Positions 1 through 13,023 of a stretch of DNA of 64,000 bases are shown here, in pieces. Origin of the DNA: Podarcis gaigeae. Its lineage: Eukaryota. Position 1 is the stretch's first letter. Each line of letters begins with the position of its first letter. The DNA is taken from NCBI GenBank assembly GCA_964106915.2, contig OZ066915.1; one strand, 5' to 3'. Both the position numbers and the translations under genes were made by a program. The notes under the pieces were generated by a model. The model worked only from the letters and a program-made list of their open reading frames with translations. It made no database searches and was not told where the DNA came from.

Positions 1-15
1 AAATGTTTAAGAATC

Positions 16-225
16 GGTGTGTTGTGGTTAAAGTGGTAAAGTAGGACTTGAGAGACCAGGGTTCAAATCCCCACACAATCATGAAGCTCGGTTAGGTGCT
101 TCACGGGTCATTGACTGAACCTCAGCCTATCCAATCATGCAGGATTTGATTTGAGGATAAAATGGGGAGTGGGGTGAGAATTGCCTGCCCTGAACTCCTT
201 GGAGGAAAGGACAGATACACATGTA
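16..225 (+). mobile_element. Squam3-like tRNA-derived SINE
   Basis: A/B-box head (gtggttaaag...ggttcaaatccc) and body gaggataaaatgggg...ctccttggaggaaagg; related copies elsewhere in the window. Confidence 0.7.
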
Positions 226-2460
226 AAATGAAAATAGCTTGCATGCATCATGGTGATTAAAACAATTAATTGGAAAGTCCAAGAGGACATGGGGGTGATG
301 CCCTAATGCAAAGCAAGACAGCAGGGCATGGATTTTGCTAACAGGTTCCTCCCATCTGGGAAGAGAGTCAGAATGAGTGCAGTGGACATCAATATCCGTG
401 AAGGTGAGGAGGAAGAACAATTGGTGTTGCTTTATGGATTAGTGTCTGGTGACTACTGGGGATAAGCTTGGTCCTAGTGCAGAGAAACCCAGCAAACATA
501 ACCTCAGTCATATAGTGTCTCATCTGCACAATATACGCAGCCTCTATGAGGACTGGATGCTATCCATTTATGGCATGCTGAGCAGAGCCCAATATCAAAA
601 TGGAAAGGCTGACGCCCAGCTGGAAGTTACACCAGCTGACCTTGAAACCTCTCCATCTCTGTGCGGGGCCTGATTATGGGCTTGTTCAGTTGTGAGAGGA
701 AGGCTCTCTATACATGCTCAAAAGCACACTCTCTCATTTCAGCAGTTTCCATCTTCCTGGCTCTAGAGGCAAGCAGTATATTAGACTACTAAAATAAACA
801 ATCCAGTGTATTTTCACAGCCTGATCAAGTTGCTGGTCTGCCACTGAGGCTGCTCCCCCAGCTTTTACCACCACCCCTGCCCTCGAATGCCTGCCTCACT
901 GGCAATATCCCTGTTCCCGTGTTCCTGGGGAAAGTTCTTGCCCTTGGGCTGCTCCCTCCCTCTTTCCACCTGAGGCTTGGGGCAAGAACAACCAGAAGTC
1001 TCTCTGCCCACACCCCACCCTGCAACACTTAAAGGCATCACTTTCTCTATTCAACACTGCTGGGAGGGATAATTGATACTAAAGCCCTAGTTAATGCACT
1101 GGCTTTGCTGGGGGATTTATCGCTGCCGATAGCGTCTCCTGCTCCCAATTACCCATTTAGCTGCTGAGATAACAGGCTGCTCAATCAGCCCCATCCCCAT
1201 GGTTATATACTGCAGCTCGATGCTCATAAATACTGTCCAAGCACAGCTGCAGGCACCTCCTTGCAGGGTCATGGTAGGAGCTCCTGGCATCCATTCTGCA
1301 GAGTCTTGCCTCCCTTCCACCTGGCTCAGCCCTTGCCCTCCCTCAAGGCCTCACCTCCCTTTCCTGCTCCTTGTCTGGGAAATGTAGCTGAGATCCATCA
1401 CCTAGGTGACTTCAAAAGCATTGAGCCTGTTTCCATGACAATCCTGATGCAGGTGAGCAGGGCAGCAAAGGCAAGAGGGCAATCTGAGCCTGCCTCCCAC
1501 TGCTCCCAGGGGTGCAGGCCTCCCTTGAGGGTGCCAAACCTCTGTCCTGGGAAGTCTGGGGCACTGTCTCAACTTGGCAGAGGCTGCAGTGCTGGAGCAA
1601 GTCAGTTATAATGCTACTTTTATGTTGCAGGGTTTCCTCCCTGTTTAACACCCCCCTGAACACCACTGGCACAGTCTCAACCCCATCATCTGTAAAATGG
1701 GGGTAATTGCACTGATCCCCCCTTGAAGGATCTAATAAACAAATACAAAGGTTTTCTTAAACACCACAGGAAATGCTGCACAAAAGCAAGGGCATAAAAT
1801 TATCAGCGCTGAAACACTGCCTGCCCCGAATTAAAACTGGAGGTACCCTTCAATCATAGCCAAATATATTTTTAAAGTGTGGAAGTGTAAGTATTGCTCA
1901 CCTGCTGAAGCCTACATCTCATGTAGGAAACTACCTTCAACCAGGTCTGGCTATTTGCTTATCTAGCTCAGTATTGTCTCCTCCGATACGCAGCCAATCT
2001 GCAGAGTCTTGGGGCAGAGGCTTTTGCCCCATTGCATGCTCCTGATTGTTGTTTTCAAACTGAAAATGTCAAGAGAAGAACCCAGGACCTCCAGCACACA
2101 AATGTGGGAAGTGCTATGGAACGGTGGTCCCCTTCCTCTCTGTTTCTGCATGAGTCACTAGGATGAGAGCGACTCCTGGTGGGATGAAAGCACAGGAGCT
2201 GAGGGCAGTCATGCAGACAGCCTCTTCTGAGAGCAGGTAACTCTGCTCAGTCCCTGCATCAGGAGTGACTGGATGAACCAGTCACATGCGATGCCAAACT
2301 ATACCCTGCCCTGCCAGTGGAGAATGATCGAAAGGAGGTATGACTAGAGCAGTAAATTGTTGCAAGATGCAACAGGTAACGAATGAATGAAGGCTTTGGG
2401 CTTATAAGTGACTGTATTTTCCATGGTACATTGTTTGGGGATTGCAGTGCTAAGGATAGT

Positions 2461-2580
2461 GGGTTCTATCCAATGCCAGTCCTACTCAGAGTAGACCCAT
2501 TGAAATGAATGGGCATGACTAGCTTGGGCCTATTCATTTCAACTGGTCTGCTTTTAGGAGAACTTGGCTGGATGCTACCC
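2461..2580. repeat. Palindromic 120-bp hairpin element (old MITE)
   Basis: Arms gggttctatcc...agtagacccattgaaatgaatggg and cctattcatttcaactggtctgct...ggatgctaccc are reverse-complementary. Confidence 0.7.
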
Positions 2581-3281
2581 AGTGACGACAGCTACTGTAT
2601 ACCTGCCACCCAGGTCCTTGCAGCATGTTGTCCCACAGAGCTAATTCAGGGGCCCTTTCCCCTCATGGCAACGAGCCTTTCCTGCTGCCCCAGCAAATGC
2701 TAGCTCACCCAAAATGGCAGGCTCCTCTGCTGCAGAAGGGCTTGGATTTTGCATGTTTCCCTGCCATGTGTTCGTCGCTGTGTCAAGTGGTACAAAAGGA
2801 GGAGTTCACTATTACAACCATTAGTGTAATGAAAGGTGGCAGCCCCTTGATGTTGCAGCAGTCTGGCATAAGGAAGGGATTCGCTGAGCTCCCACTCTCT
2901 GCCTCCACAATCTGTGCCCCCAACAAACACACACACATACACACAGCCACACGGCCACATCCCCAGCTATTAAAGGGGCTGGGAAGATAATGAGCTGACA
3001 GGGAAACACAAAATCAAGGCAGCCCCCAAGCTCCCGTTGTGCTCATAGAAAGAAACAAGATTGTAATTACAGGGACAGCGGGCAATTAAGTGGGTTGAGG
3101 GCTAATTAGTACCATCAGGTGGAGGCCTGCCACAAGGGACTTTCCCCACCAGCTCTGCAGGGATAGCAGTGATCGGGGCAGTTTACTAGGGGAGGCAGGG
3201 GGCTGCATTCCGGCTTGCGCTCAAGAGCCAGCCCCAGAGAGGTCCCTATCCCAGCCCTATTGCTGCAAGAATAAGCCAAGG

Positions 3282-3426
3282 TCATAGAATCTTTGAATTT
3301 GTAGAGTTGGATAGGGCCACAAGGGTCATGTAGTCCAACCCTTTGCATGGCAGGAATATTTTGCCCTACGTGGGGCTTGGACCCATGACCCTGGGATTAA
3401 GAGTCTCATGCTCTCCTGACTGAGTC
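3282..3426 (-). mobile_element. tRNA-Lys(CTT)-headed SINE with CR1-like body
   Basis: Reverse complement ctcagtcaggagagcatgagactcttaatcccagggtcatgggtcc...ttggactacatgaccc...attctatga. Confidence 0.72.
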
Positions 3427-3506
3427 ATACAAATCTTTTGCCAAGTTAATATCAGGGTGTAGGTATGGACCCAGTCATTAGAGCTCCTATATGCAGGTGT
3501 ACCCTA

Positions 3507-3861
3507 CGTGGGTGGACGCGGGTGGCACTGTGGGTTAAACCACAGAGCCTAGGACTTGCTGATCAGAAGGTTGGCGGTTCAAATCCCCGCGACGGGGTGA
3601 GCTCCCGTTGCTCAGTCCCTGTTCCTGCCAACCTAGCAGTTCGAAAGCATGTCAAAGTGCAAGTAGATAAATAGGTATCACTCTGGTGGGAATGTAAACG
3701 GGGTTTCCGTGCGCTGCTCTGGTTTGCCAGAAGTGGCTTAGTCATGCTGTCCACATGACGCGGAAGCTGTGCGCCGGCTCCCTCGGCCAATAAAGCGAGA
3801 TAAGCGCCGCAACCCCAGAGTTGGTCACAACTGGACCTAATGGTCAGGGGTCCTTTACCTT
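3507..3861 (+). mobile_element. Sauria SINE (Squam1), full length
   Basis: tRNA-like head, ACCTTT tail, 17-bp TSD TATGCAGGTGTACCCTA (3490-3506 / 3862-3878). Confidence 0.88.
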
Positions 3862-4019
3862 TATGCAGGTGTACCCTAGGTCTCTCTCTGTGTGTATATG
3901 TGTATGCACTAGATCCACATTTGTTGTCAATGACAATTCTGTTTCCATGCTGGGGACAAGCTATTCATTGACATTTGAGGCACAACTTTTATGAATTCAA
4001 ACCTTTAGGATGAATGTAA

Positions 4020-4232
4020 AGTTACTACATATGAATTCTGCCTCCTTCCCCCTGAAGACTTCAGTGCAGCAGCAACAACGCCCCTTCCCATTTTATCCTC
4101 ACAACAACCATGCAGGATAGATGAGGTTGAATGCTGTGACCTGCCCAAATCCATCCAGTAAGCTTCGTGGCTCAGTGGAGATTTAAACCTGGGTCTCCCT
4201 GGTCCTAGCCTGGCGCTCACACTCTGCTGCAT
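4020..4232 (-). mobile_element. Squam3-like SINE
   Basis: cccattttatcctcacaacaacc...gatttaaacctgggtctccc; reverse complement of the copy at 16-225. Confidence 0.7.
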
Positions 4233-5054
4233 TGACTATCAATGATCTGAACCCAGACCTCCCCATTCTTAATTGGCCGCTCAGACTAGTACACTGCAGG
4301 TAGCCTAGCATTGTCCTGATTCCTGCCTAAAGAGCATTGGGAATGGGTCCAGAAGGACACAACTTGTTCCAAGCCAACATCCCAGTCTTATATCTGGGAT
4401 GTTGGAATTGTGGGTTTGGCATGGATTCCTACCAGGGAATGATTGAGGAGCAAAAGAAGATCCTCACAGTTAACATGAGGAGGTGTGAAGGGTGCTTGTG
4501 GAAACCTGCCGTTCTGTTCATTAATAGTTTGGGGGCATGTCACTGAAATCAGGAATCCAACAGGTGTTTATACTGCAGTTTCAGGTGCAAAGGTTCTGGT
4601 GGCTAAGGTCCAAGTCTGCTACAACTAAGGGTTATGAACAACCAATGTACGGTAGCATTGTGACTTGTAGGAGGCTGTCCCTAATTTCTGTACTGAAATC
4701 CTGAATTTGCAGAATTGAAATAAAATCTGTCAATCCAGATCCGTTTATGCATATGCGTGTGCATATCTGATCTTAGGCTGCTGTCCTAATCCCACTTACC
4801 TGGGAGTAAGCCCTATTGAATTCAACAGGACTTACTTTTGAGCAGGCATAGTATTGTGCTGTTAGTCATTGAGCTACTCTAAAAACAAACAAACTATGGC
4901 TATCATCCTCTCCACCCAACAGAAGTATGCCATAAGATCTGTTTAGCTGGCCAAGGGTTTCTGTGAAAAGATTTCCCGGTCTCAAAGTCCATCTGCACTG
5001 TTTTGCTGCTCTGTACCTCCTACATTAAAACATTACTGTTGCTGCTGTCTTGTT

Positions 5055-5175
5055 ACATTTATACTCCACCTTTCCCCCAAGGAGCTATATGGTTCTGCCT
5101 TTCCCCATTTTATCTTCACAACGACCCTGTGAGGTAGGTTAGGCAGAGAAACAGTGTCTGGCCCAAGGTCACCCC
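5055..5175 (-). mobile_element. Squam3-like SINE fragment
   Basis: ccccattttatcttcacaacgaccctgtgaggtaggttaggc. Confidence 0.6.
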
Positions 5176-5488
5176 ATCTCCCCGTCCAGCACTCACTCAC
5201 TCACTCACTCACTCTCTCAGGGTGCTCACACACAGTCTCCCTTTCAATACTATTTGCACCTGCAAAGTTTTGGGAGTGACCACATTGCTTCATTTCCAGT
5301 CAATGCATTTCCTGTAGCTTCTTGCAGAAATCCCATAACTTTTTATACCACAAATGTTCTGGTTTATTTTTGTCCAGCTTTTGGTGCGCTATAGCCCCTC
5401 TGGACAGCAATAACGTGGTTGTGTTGGGGAAGCACTGCAGGACCAACCCAAGTGGAATAAATCTAGTACTATCCATCATTATTGTGTC

Positions 5489-5706
5489 CAGTGCTTTTTT
5501 ACACAGGGGTACACATGCACCTAAACACTTTGTGAATCTAACGGGAGGAGAAACTAAGTTTCTTCTCTAGCACGGTGAATCTTCAGTTCTGTTGAATCGT
5601 CAGTTTCGTTGTTACCACCTTCGATGGCGGCTTCATTTCCTTTCCCAGTGATTTTCTGGAGTCAAAATGAGAGTACCCCTAAACATTTTAAAGAAAAAAA
5701 GCACTT
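5489..5706. mobile_element. Probable non-autonomous DNA transposon
   Basis: Ends CAGTGCTTTTTTT / AAAAAAAGCACTT with subterminal ggggtac / gtacccc. Confidence 0.55.
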
Positions 5707-8700
5707 ATTGTGTCTATAACATGTTGCAGAGGACACCTGCAATGAAACATCTGTCTTGGGGGGGGCAAGTCCCTCTCCAGGCCATGCCCCCCACCCTCCT
5801 TAAGAACTTTCCCCTGATTCTTACTAGCCTGGATGTGCAGAGGGGTGTAGGGGGTGTGGGTGTACAAACCGTTGACTGTGTGACTGAAGTGCAGACTATA
5901 TAATTGTAAGAATCACCTCCCTTGCTATTGCCTCTTTGGTCTCTTGCCCTGCTCGTCATTGGCATGTGGCATCTGCAGGGGTGCCAACTTGAATAAAATA
6001 TTTTGAGGGGACAGGTAATCCCGACCCCACATAATTAATCACAAGATGCAGCACACACACACACCATTTGAATGGCAACACCCATTAACCTTTGGGGCCC
6101 CGGCTCCCTCAAATATTTTATTGAGGGGACCGAAGGGACCTTGGCCCCTAGGAATTGGCTCCTATGGGTGCCTGGGAAGTCCACCACAAGAGGATGCTTC
6201 CCTTGGGCTGGGAAAAGGTTTGCCACACCTGACGTAGCCCGTCGTATGTGGGAATGGTTAGCGAATTAGTCACCGAAGTACTCATCCTAGAAATTGACTA
6301 ATATGTTTGAAAACATTTGATACTCTGTTTCTGTAACAGCTCAGGAGGTTGGATCTAGGATATTATCATCTTGTTAATGAAAAGGAATGGGGTGGGAACA
6401 CTTCTATTATGCTTAAGAATCTCAGAGCCTTTTCAGATCATAAAAATATGGAGGTTTACCTGTGGCGCTCTCTTTGCAATAGTCCTGATCCGGTGCCAGT
6501 TGCACAATCATTCACCCCCACATAATAGAGGAGGGCAGTCGTTTTGCGGCTGTTTGCCATTTGTTTTTGCTAAGTAGAAGGCTGGGCGATCACTCCAGGG
6601 CTGGCTTTGCACAGCAGGGGAGCACACAGGCAGCAAGAAAATGGGGAAAAAATAGCTTCCACGCAAAGGTTCCTGAAATGGCAGTGAAAGGAGGGGGCTG
6701 TAGGGGCAGATGTCAGCTTTTGGGATGTTAAAAACAACCAAGCGAGTGCTGGATGAGCTGTTACATCAGGGCTTACTTTGTGCATTGGGGAAACACGTAG
6801 CCATCAGCAAGATAAATTATTATCTTTTAAAATAAGAAGTGCCTAAAATAGAAGTTGGCAGAAGGATCCAATCACGAGGCAGAGGAGTAGGGCATTTATT
6901 GTTCAGCACTGGCACTGGCAGAGACAGGATGACAGAAGGCAGGTTTGTAAGTAGCCACTCACCTGGTTGCCTGTGGTGAAGGCCAAAATGGATGTGGCAA
7001 TAATTTACACACTTCATAATACTCACACAAAACCAGAAAACGGCACAGACAATTGGTACTAGCCTTATCAACGCATATTTTATTTCGAGCCTCCAGATTT
7101 GCACAAACCCAGAAAATACACAACCAACTTTGCAATTTCCTGGCTGTGTGTTTTTGCACACTTCTTGGTGGTGGAGGTTGTTGTTTTAAAGCAGGGTGCA
7201 TGTAGCTATCTGCACTCATGCCCTACTGGTACTTAATTGGCATAACAGAATCAATAAATTAGAAGGCAGCGACACACACAAAACGGAATGCCTACTGGTA
7301 TGAACAGCAAAGACAAATCAAATATATGCAATATACAAATTCATGTGGGTGCAGACTATTCTTTTCAAGTTCAAATGGAGAAGCCCATAGTTGTATGTGG
7401 GCTCAGCCCCCTACTGTTCGTTCCTCATTGGCTGCTCAGGATTGCTTGGAAGGTCACAATGCTGCAGAGACCATTGAAGCCATGACTGTGAGAGTACCCT
7501 GTTAGGATTTAGAATCCACATCTAGTACCCTGAAGCTCAGGTGTGAGGAACCTGTGGACCTCCAGATGCTGCTGAACTATAGCTCTCATAATCTTTGGCC
7601 ACCAGCCATGCTTTCTGGGGCTGATGGGGCTGATCTGGAGGGCCAAAAGTCCCACACATCTGTTGTCCTCTCTTGGCCTCCTTGGTCCAGAGTCCCCATA
7701 TCTCCCACCTGCTTCCTTAACAGAAACAGTGTTCAGTCCCAGTCCTGCTTTCTCCTTTCTTCTACTTGCTTGTCTTCAGCACTCTGTGGCGCCCAATGTC
7801 TGTGTTTGCCTTCCTTGTCTCTTCAAGGGCCTAGTCAGCCCCTTGGTTCTGCTTTCACTGCTTAGGGGCTCCCTGCACCTTAGCTTTCTGATATCTTTTC
7901 TTGTACCTCTTGATTCCCAGCCAAAGTGATGGCTTTCCTTTCCTTCGTAGAAAATGGATTTCAAATTGTTTAGTTCCCCGAGCAGGTAAGCAAACATTCT
8001 GAGTAATCTCACCCGCTCAACCAATGAGCGCCAGGTGCTTCTCCATCACAAGTGCAATTCAGTATCGATGTGTTAGTTGAAGGGGAAATGCCGTTTTCCT
8101 ACAGGCAAAATGCATGCTCCGCAGTTTGGCTAGAGCAATTCTGTTTTCTGGAGCGCCGCCATTCCTAACTTGTGCGGTGCATTGTTACCCCGACTTCCTC
8201 TCCCTGCCTTCACCTCTGCTAACACCAGACCCATTCCTGTTCTTTCTGCACCTCTTCCTAATCCCAGGTCTGTGTTCCCATATGCACAGCACTGCAGATG
8301 TTCCCCACCTTCACCCCCATCTCGCAGTCCTTCCAAATAAGGATATATGGGCAATGTTCGGTGCTGCCAATGCACCTACTACCAGCCAGCAGCAAACTGG
8401 TGGCTTGTATCTGGGCTCCCTCTTATTCTGCCTCACCTGCTTCCCTCCTTCTGCACTCTCCCCCCTTCCACCGTCAGCTTCTGCTAGCACCCTCAATCTT
8501 CTACCTCCACACCTCTAAACCTCCCATTTAGAGCTCCCTCTCAACAGGGACCGTTGCTTGCACTACTGTGCTAGATTGTGTGCATTAGTTTTTGTGACAA
8601 AGCTGAATGCCCAATTTTAGAGGCTGCTAAATTCACTTCACCTGGTGGGATTAAAAGCACAGGGCTTGCTGCAGCAGCAGCAGCAACAGCCCTCTTGCAT

Positions 8701-10294
8701 TGCCAGGTGCTCTTTCCCTGTGCCAGGCCCAAGAGGCCTTTGGCTGGGGACGGAGAGGAGAAGAAAAGGGCACATTGCACTTTATTGCCATAATGTGGCT
8801 TAATGAGGAGTAAATGGAATAAATAAAGTGGTTTCCAATAAGATGATGTTTCTGGCCGTAGGTGGCTTGCCTGGCAATAGATGAATTGGGCAGATGCACA
8901 GGATATGTTTGTGTAAGACCATAGGAGGCTGCATAATCCAGGATTACAACCAGAGTATTTGATATATGAGTGGAGTGGCTGTCTGGCAAACTGATGTGTA
9001 TATTTTAAGACACATTTTTGAGCATCTCATGTGCATCTTGCAGAGCAGTTGCATGGCAATTGCATTTTATTTCACAAGCCTCTCTGGCATGTATACACAG
9101 TGCTGTGTTTGTAGGTGCATAGATTCTGGGTACCATTTTTTGAGTTTGCTGCAGCTAAACAGGTATGAAGGAAGGATGCAATGGGTACTTGATGTATTTT
9201 CTGAGTGTGTGCCTCCACAAGTGCATTTGCCTGCAGGGACAGCGCCATGCTTGCTGCATATGTACATTTTATGGCACATCTGCCTGACAGGCTTACGTGT
9301 GCACAGTTCCTTGCACATGCAGACATACCTGTGCTAGTGTTTGTTGGACCCAGATGCCCCCCTGCTTGAGCTGCAGGCAGCTAGGCTAGGGAGTGGGGTG
9401 GGGGGTTGAGAGTTGTTAAATCAGTGAGTTATGAAATGCCTTTATATCCAGGACAGGGGTTTTAATTAAATTAATTGCCAGCAACGCTGTAAAAGTGCTG
9501 AGGGGTAATAACCGGAGCGTTATGGCGCCGTTTATCTTCCCCACGTAAATTAGCTGCTGCACCTTACTACTCTCGGCAGCCAGACGTGAGCAGGTTGCAA
9601 TGCCTGGCAGGTTGAGTCTCTGGGAGCTGCCAAGGGCAGGGAGGGGGAGTTCTCCTGCCCCAGGCTCCTCTTTCCCAGCTGCAGTAAGTGGTCTGTGCCA
9701 TCGCACATCTGGCTGACATGGGGCCAGTTGTGGCGGGAGGGGGGGGTGCGTGTTTGACTCAGCAAAGGCATTCTCTCTGCACCAGTCCATACTGCCCTCT
9801 TCTGGTTTGCTGGGAGGCTGCAGGGCACAGAGCATCCTTCTGGCTCTCTGTGCCAGCCTGACTGATGGGAGAAGTGGGTGAAAGGAATGCTGTTTAGACA
9901 GCGTCTGTTCACCGGCTGCTATGCCTGGGATGGGGCTTGTAGGGCCTGGTGCAGGAGCAGGTGGAAAGGGCCTTGGGACACTTTGCTCAGTAACAACAGG
10001 AGGAAAGAGGTCTCCCCAGTGTTGCAGGCAGGAGAAGAGGCCAGGGACCCCAAAGGCAGGGAGCCAAGATCCAGGGGGCATGAATGAGGCTGCCAATTGG
10101 CCTAAGACTGGACTTGGTAAAAAATATGGTGGTACACCATCATTTTCAGGGATGGTAGCTGCATTCCCTTGGGTGGGGAGTAATCTAGGGCTGCATACCA
10201 GCAGTGGGCAGAGCCAAATTCAAAAACATGCAGGGACAGCTCTTTTCTGTCTTTCCTTATCTGTCTGTCTCCTCCATTTATGTATCATCTTATG

Positions 10295-10297
<3 letters not shown>

Positions 10298-10339
<42 letters not shown>
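10298..10339. repeat. (CT)n microsatellite
   Basis: Direct observation. Confidence 0.95.
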
Positions 10340-10343
<4 letters not shown>

Positions 10344-12166
10344 TCACACTGTTAACTTGCACCCATTTTTACATGGATAGACACAGGCTCCCCTCCCCCT
10401 GCAAGCTTGGCTCCCTCCTTCTGGGACCCTCAGCTTTCACTCGCTCCCAGCCTCTCACCCATTCATTCATTCATTCATTCTCCATCCATCCTCTCTCCAC
10501 CCCGCCTCACACACACAGGTTCCCCCCTGCCCACCAGCCTCCAACCCTTCCAGTTAGGAGGAAGAAAGTAATGTTGGGCACTTTTTTGCCATAGAAAACT
10601 GTTGCTACTGAAACTCGTTAGTTTGCTGCCCCCAGATCTCAGAGGCTGGATCATTCCCAACCGCCAAGTCACCTCTAGCCTCAAATTCCACAAGGGAGGT
10701 TGATGGGGAAAGTGCAGAGCTGCTACTCTGACTGCCTTCCCTGTGGGCAAGAGGGTTTCCTCATTGCCTTGCCCTCCATTTTGGGTGTAGCAGTTCTGAT
10801 ACACAGATGAGAAATCTCAGGTTAAATGTGGCCCTCAGGTCTCTTTATCTGACCCTGGGGTCTCTCTGAAGCCAACAGCCTTTCCCCAAGACATGCCCTG
10901 TACAGTAGCCCTGCTTTCCACCCCCTCGGGCTGTTTTGGCCTATCTGGTTTTGCTCTGCTAATGCCTCCTGTCTGACTGGATGGAGGACAGGCAGGCCCC
11001 ATCCACTGTCAGCATGTGGCCCCCAGAAGTTTGCTCAATGAGGAATGTGGCTCCCAGATGGAAAATGATTCTTCACCCCTGTTGTAAAAGCATTATTTAC
11101 AACAGAGTGTGTGGGCACCACAGGGGTGGAAGCTGAGGCAGTGTGCACTTGTGGGAGCTGGTCTGAAGGGGAAGGCCTGGGCCCTGCCCTGCCCGTGTCC
11201 CGGCCCCTCGCCTTGTCCTCCATTGTGTTCTGGGCTTGATGAAGCACTGGTGGCAGCAGGAGGCTGCGGTGGGGGGGGGGCTGCATGCAGCTCCCTGCCA
11301 TGGAAAACAAAGCCAGCGCTTGATTTGAGATGGAATTTGCCCCTTGTATATTATTCCAGCAGTTCAGAAATAATTTCCACTTACTCACAGATGATGATTC
11401 TATATTTAATCTCTCCTCTCTCGGATGAACATAAAATGCCAGTTTCTACATCTCTGCAATTTCTCACTGTTTAGTCAGTCAGTCTTTCGGTGGCAGCGAA
11501 AGAGACTTCCTTGCCTTAGCCATGATGGTTTTTTTTCTGCTGTCAAAAGGTTTAATAAACAATTCTTACCCTCTTGGCATGCATCACTCAAATAAGCCAG
11601 AGCTTCTTATCTGCACATTTGACAGAAGGTTTTGTTGTTATATTTCCATTGTGAGTCAGACCCTCCCCCTCCAACGCTCTAATGTTTAGCTCTTCCTCCA
11701 ATGGACGGGGTTCTCTGTCTTCTTTCTAGCCCACGCTAGACTAGGGGGTTGCAAGACTTTCTCTCATTCCCTCTAGCTGGAATTCTAGGGGTTGCCAGAA
11801 GATTCTGGAAAATCTCTTACCTTTGCAGAGCCCAGGTGAGGGTGAGCTTGAGGTGACAGCTCAGTGGGATCCATGGGGCTCAGCTGTGCGGTAGGAGCTT
11901 ATTTCTAGACAATGAGCTTCTATCTTTCCCTCCAAGGGAATAACTGTTTGCTGGGGGCCACAGTTATAACTGTGTGCTACTTCCAAAATCACCATCCCCT
12001 GGATTCAGTCTCACAAAGCCATCTTTTCTCCTTCTCCTTCTCCTCCTTCTCCTTTTTCAGCCAGAAGAACTGTTAGCATATGTCAGTGGATCTGCTAATT
12101 TTGACATCATTCTGCCATTTAGATATGGATTTTTGAAGTCTACATAGAGGTTTGGTTTTGAAAGCA

Positions 12167-12195
12167 ATGGAATGGAATGGAATGGAATGGAATGG
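12167..12195. repeat. (AATGG)n microsatellite
   Basis: Direct observation. Confidence 0.9.
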
Positions 12196-12657
12196 GGGAC
12201 GTCCATGGTGATGGAGACAAAATGGTGGGAAAGGCAAGGGCTAATGAATCATGTTCATCTGGGCCATGCTGTTCTATCATGCAAAATGGAGATGGGGCCC
12301 ATCTTTGGGGGGCTTTAGTGTGGCCTGGTCACTGATGGTGGACAAATGGGAAGTAACCATCAGTTTGTCTCAAAGCCCTTTGTCCCAAGCACCTGAAATG
12401 TACCTGGAGTTAGATCTTCAGCAGAAACTAGTTTTTACCTGGCAGTGTGTGAGTGAAGGAAGACCTGGCGGGGTCATCTTGTGTTTTAATACTGACATTG
12501 CTTTCACTTTGGGACTGGTACTACTTGCACTATGGACTTGCTACTGCGGCCCTGTAATACCCATTCAGCCTTTACAGATTAGTAAATAAAAAATAATGAT
12601 TACAACATCACAAGTCTCTAGGGCTCTTTTCTTCAAAAAGAAGCTGCCTATGTAAAA

Positions 12658-13023
12658 GCTGGGACGCAGGTGGCGCTGTGGGTTAAAGCCTCAGCACCTA
12701 GGACTTGCCGATCGAAAGGTCGGCGGTTCGAATCCCTGCGGCGGGGTGCGCTCCCGCTGCTTGGTCCCAGCGCCTGCCAACCTAGCAGTTCGAAAGCACC
12801 TCTGGGTGCAAGTAGATAAATAGGGACCGCTTACCAGCGGGAAGGTAAACGGCGTTTCCGTGTGCGGCTCTGGCTTGCCAGAGCAGCGATGTCACGCTGG
12901 CCACGTGACCCGGAAGTGTCTCCGGACAGCGCTGGCCCCTGGCCTCTTGAGTGAGATGGGCGCACAACCCCAGAGTCTGTCAAGACTGGCCCGTACGGGC
13001 AGGGGTACCTTTACCTTTATCTT
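12658..13023 (+). mobile_element. Sauria SINE (Squam1), full length
   Basis: gggacgcaggtggcgctgtgggttaaagcc...ggggtacctttaccttt; TSD TATGTAAAA (12649-12657 / 13024-13032). Confidence 0.88.

Noticed and set aside
9416-10096. 226-aa minus-strand ORF
   Set aside because: No recognisable domain or exon structure; GC-rich intronic DNA antisense to UNC5A.
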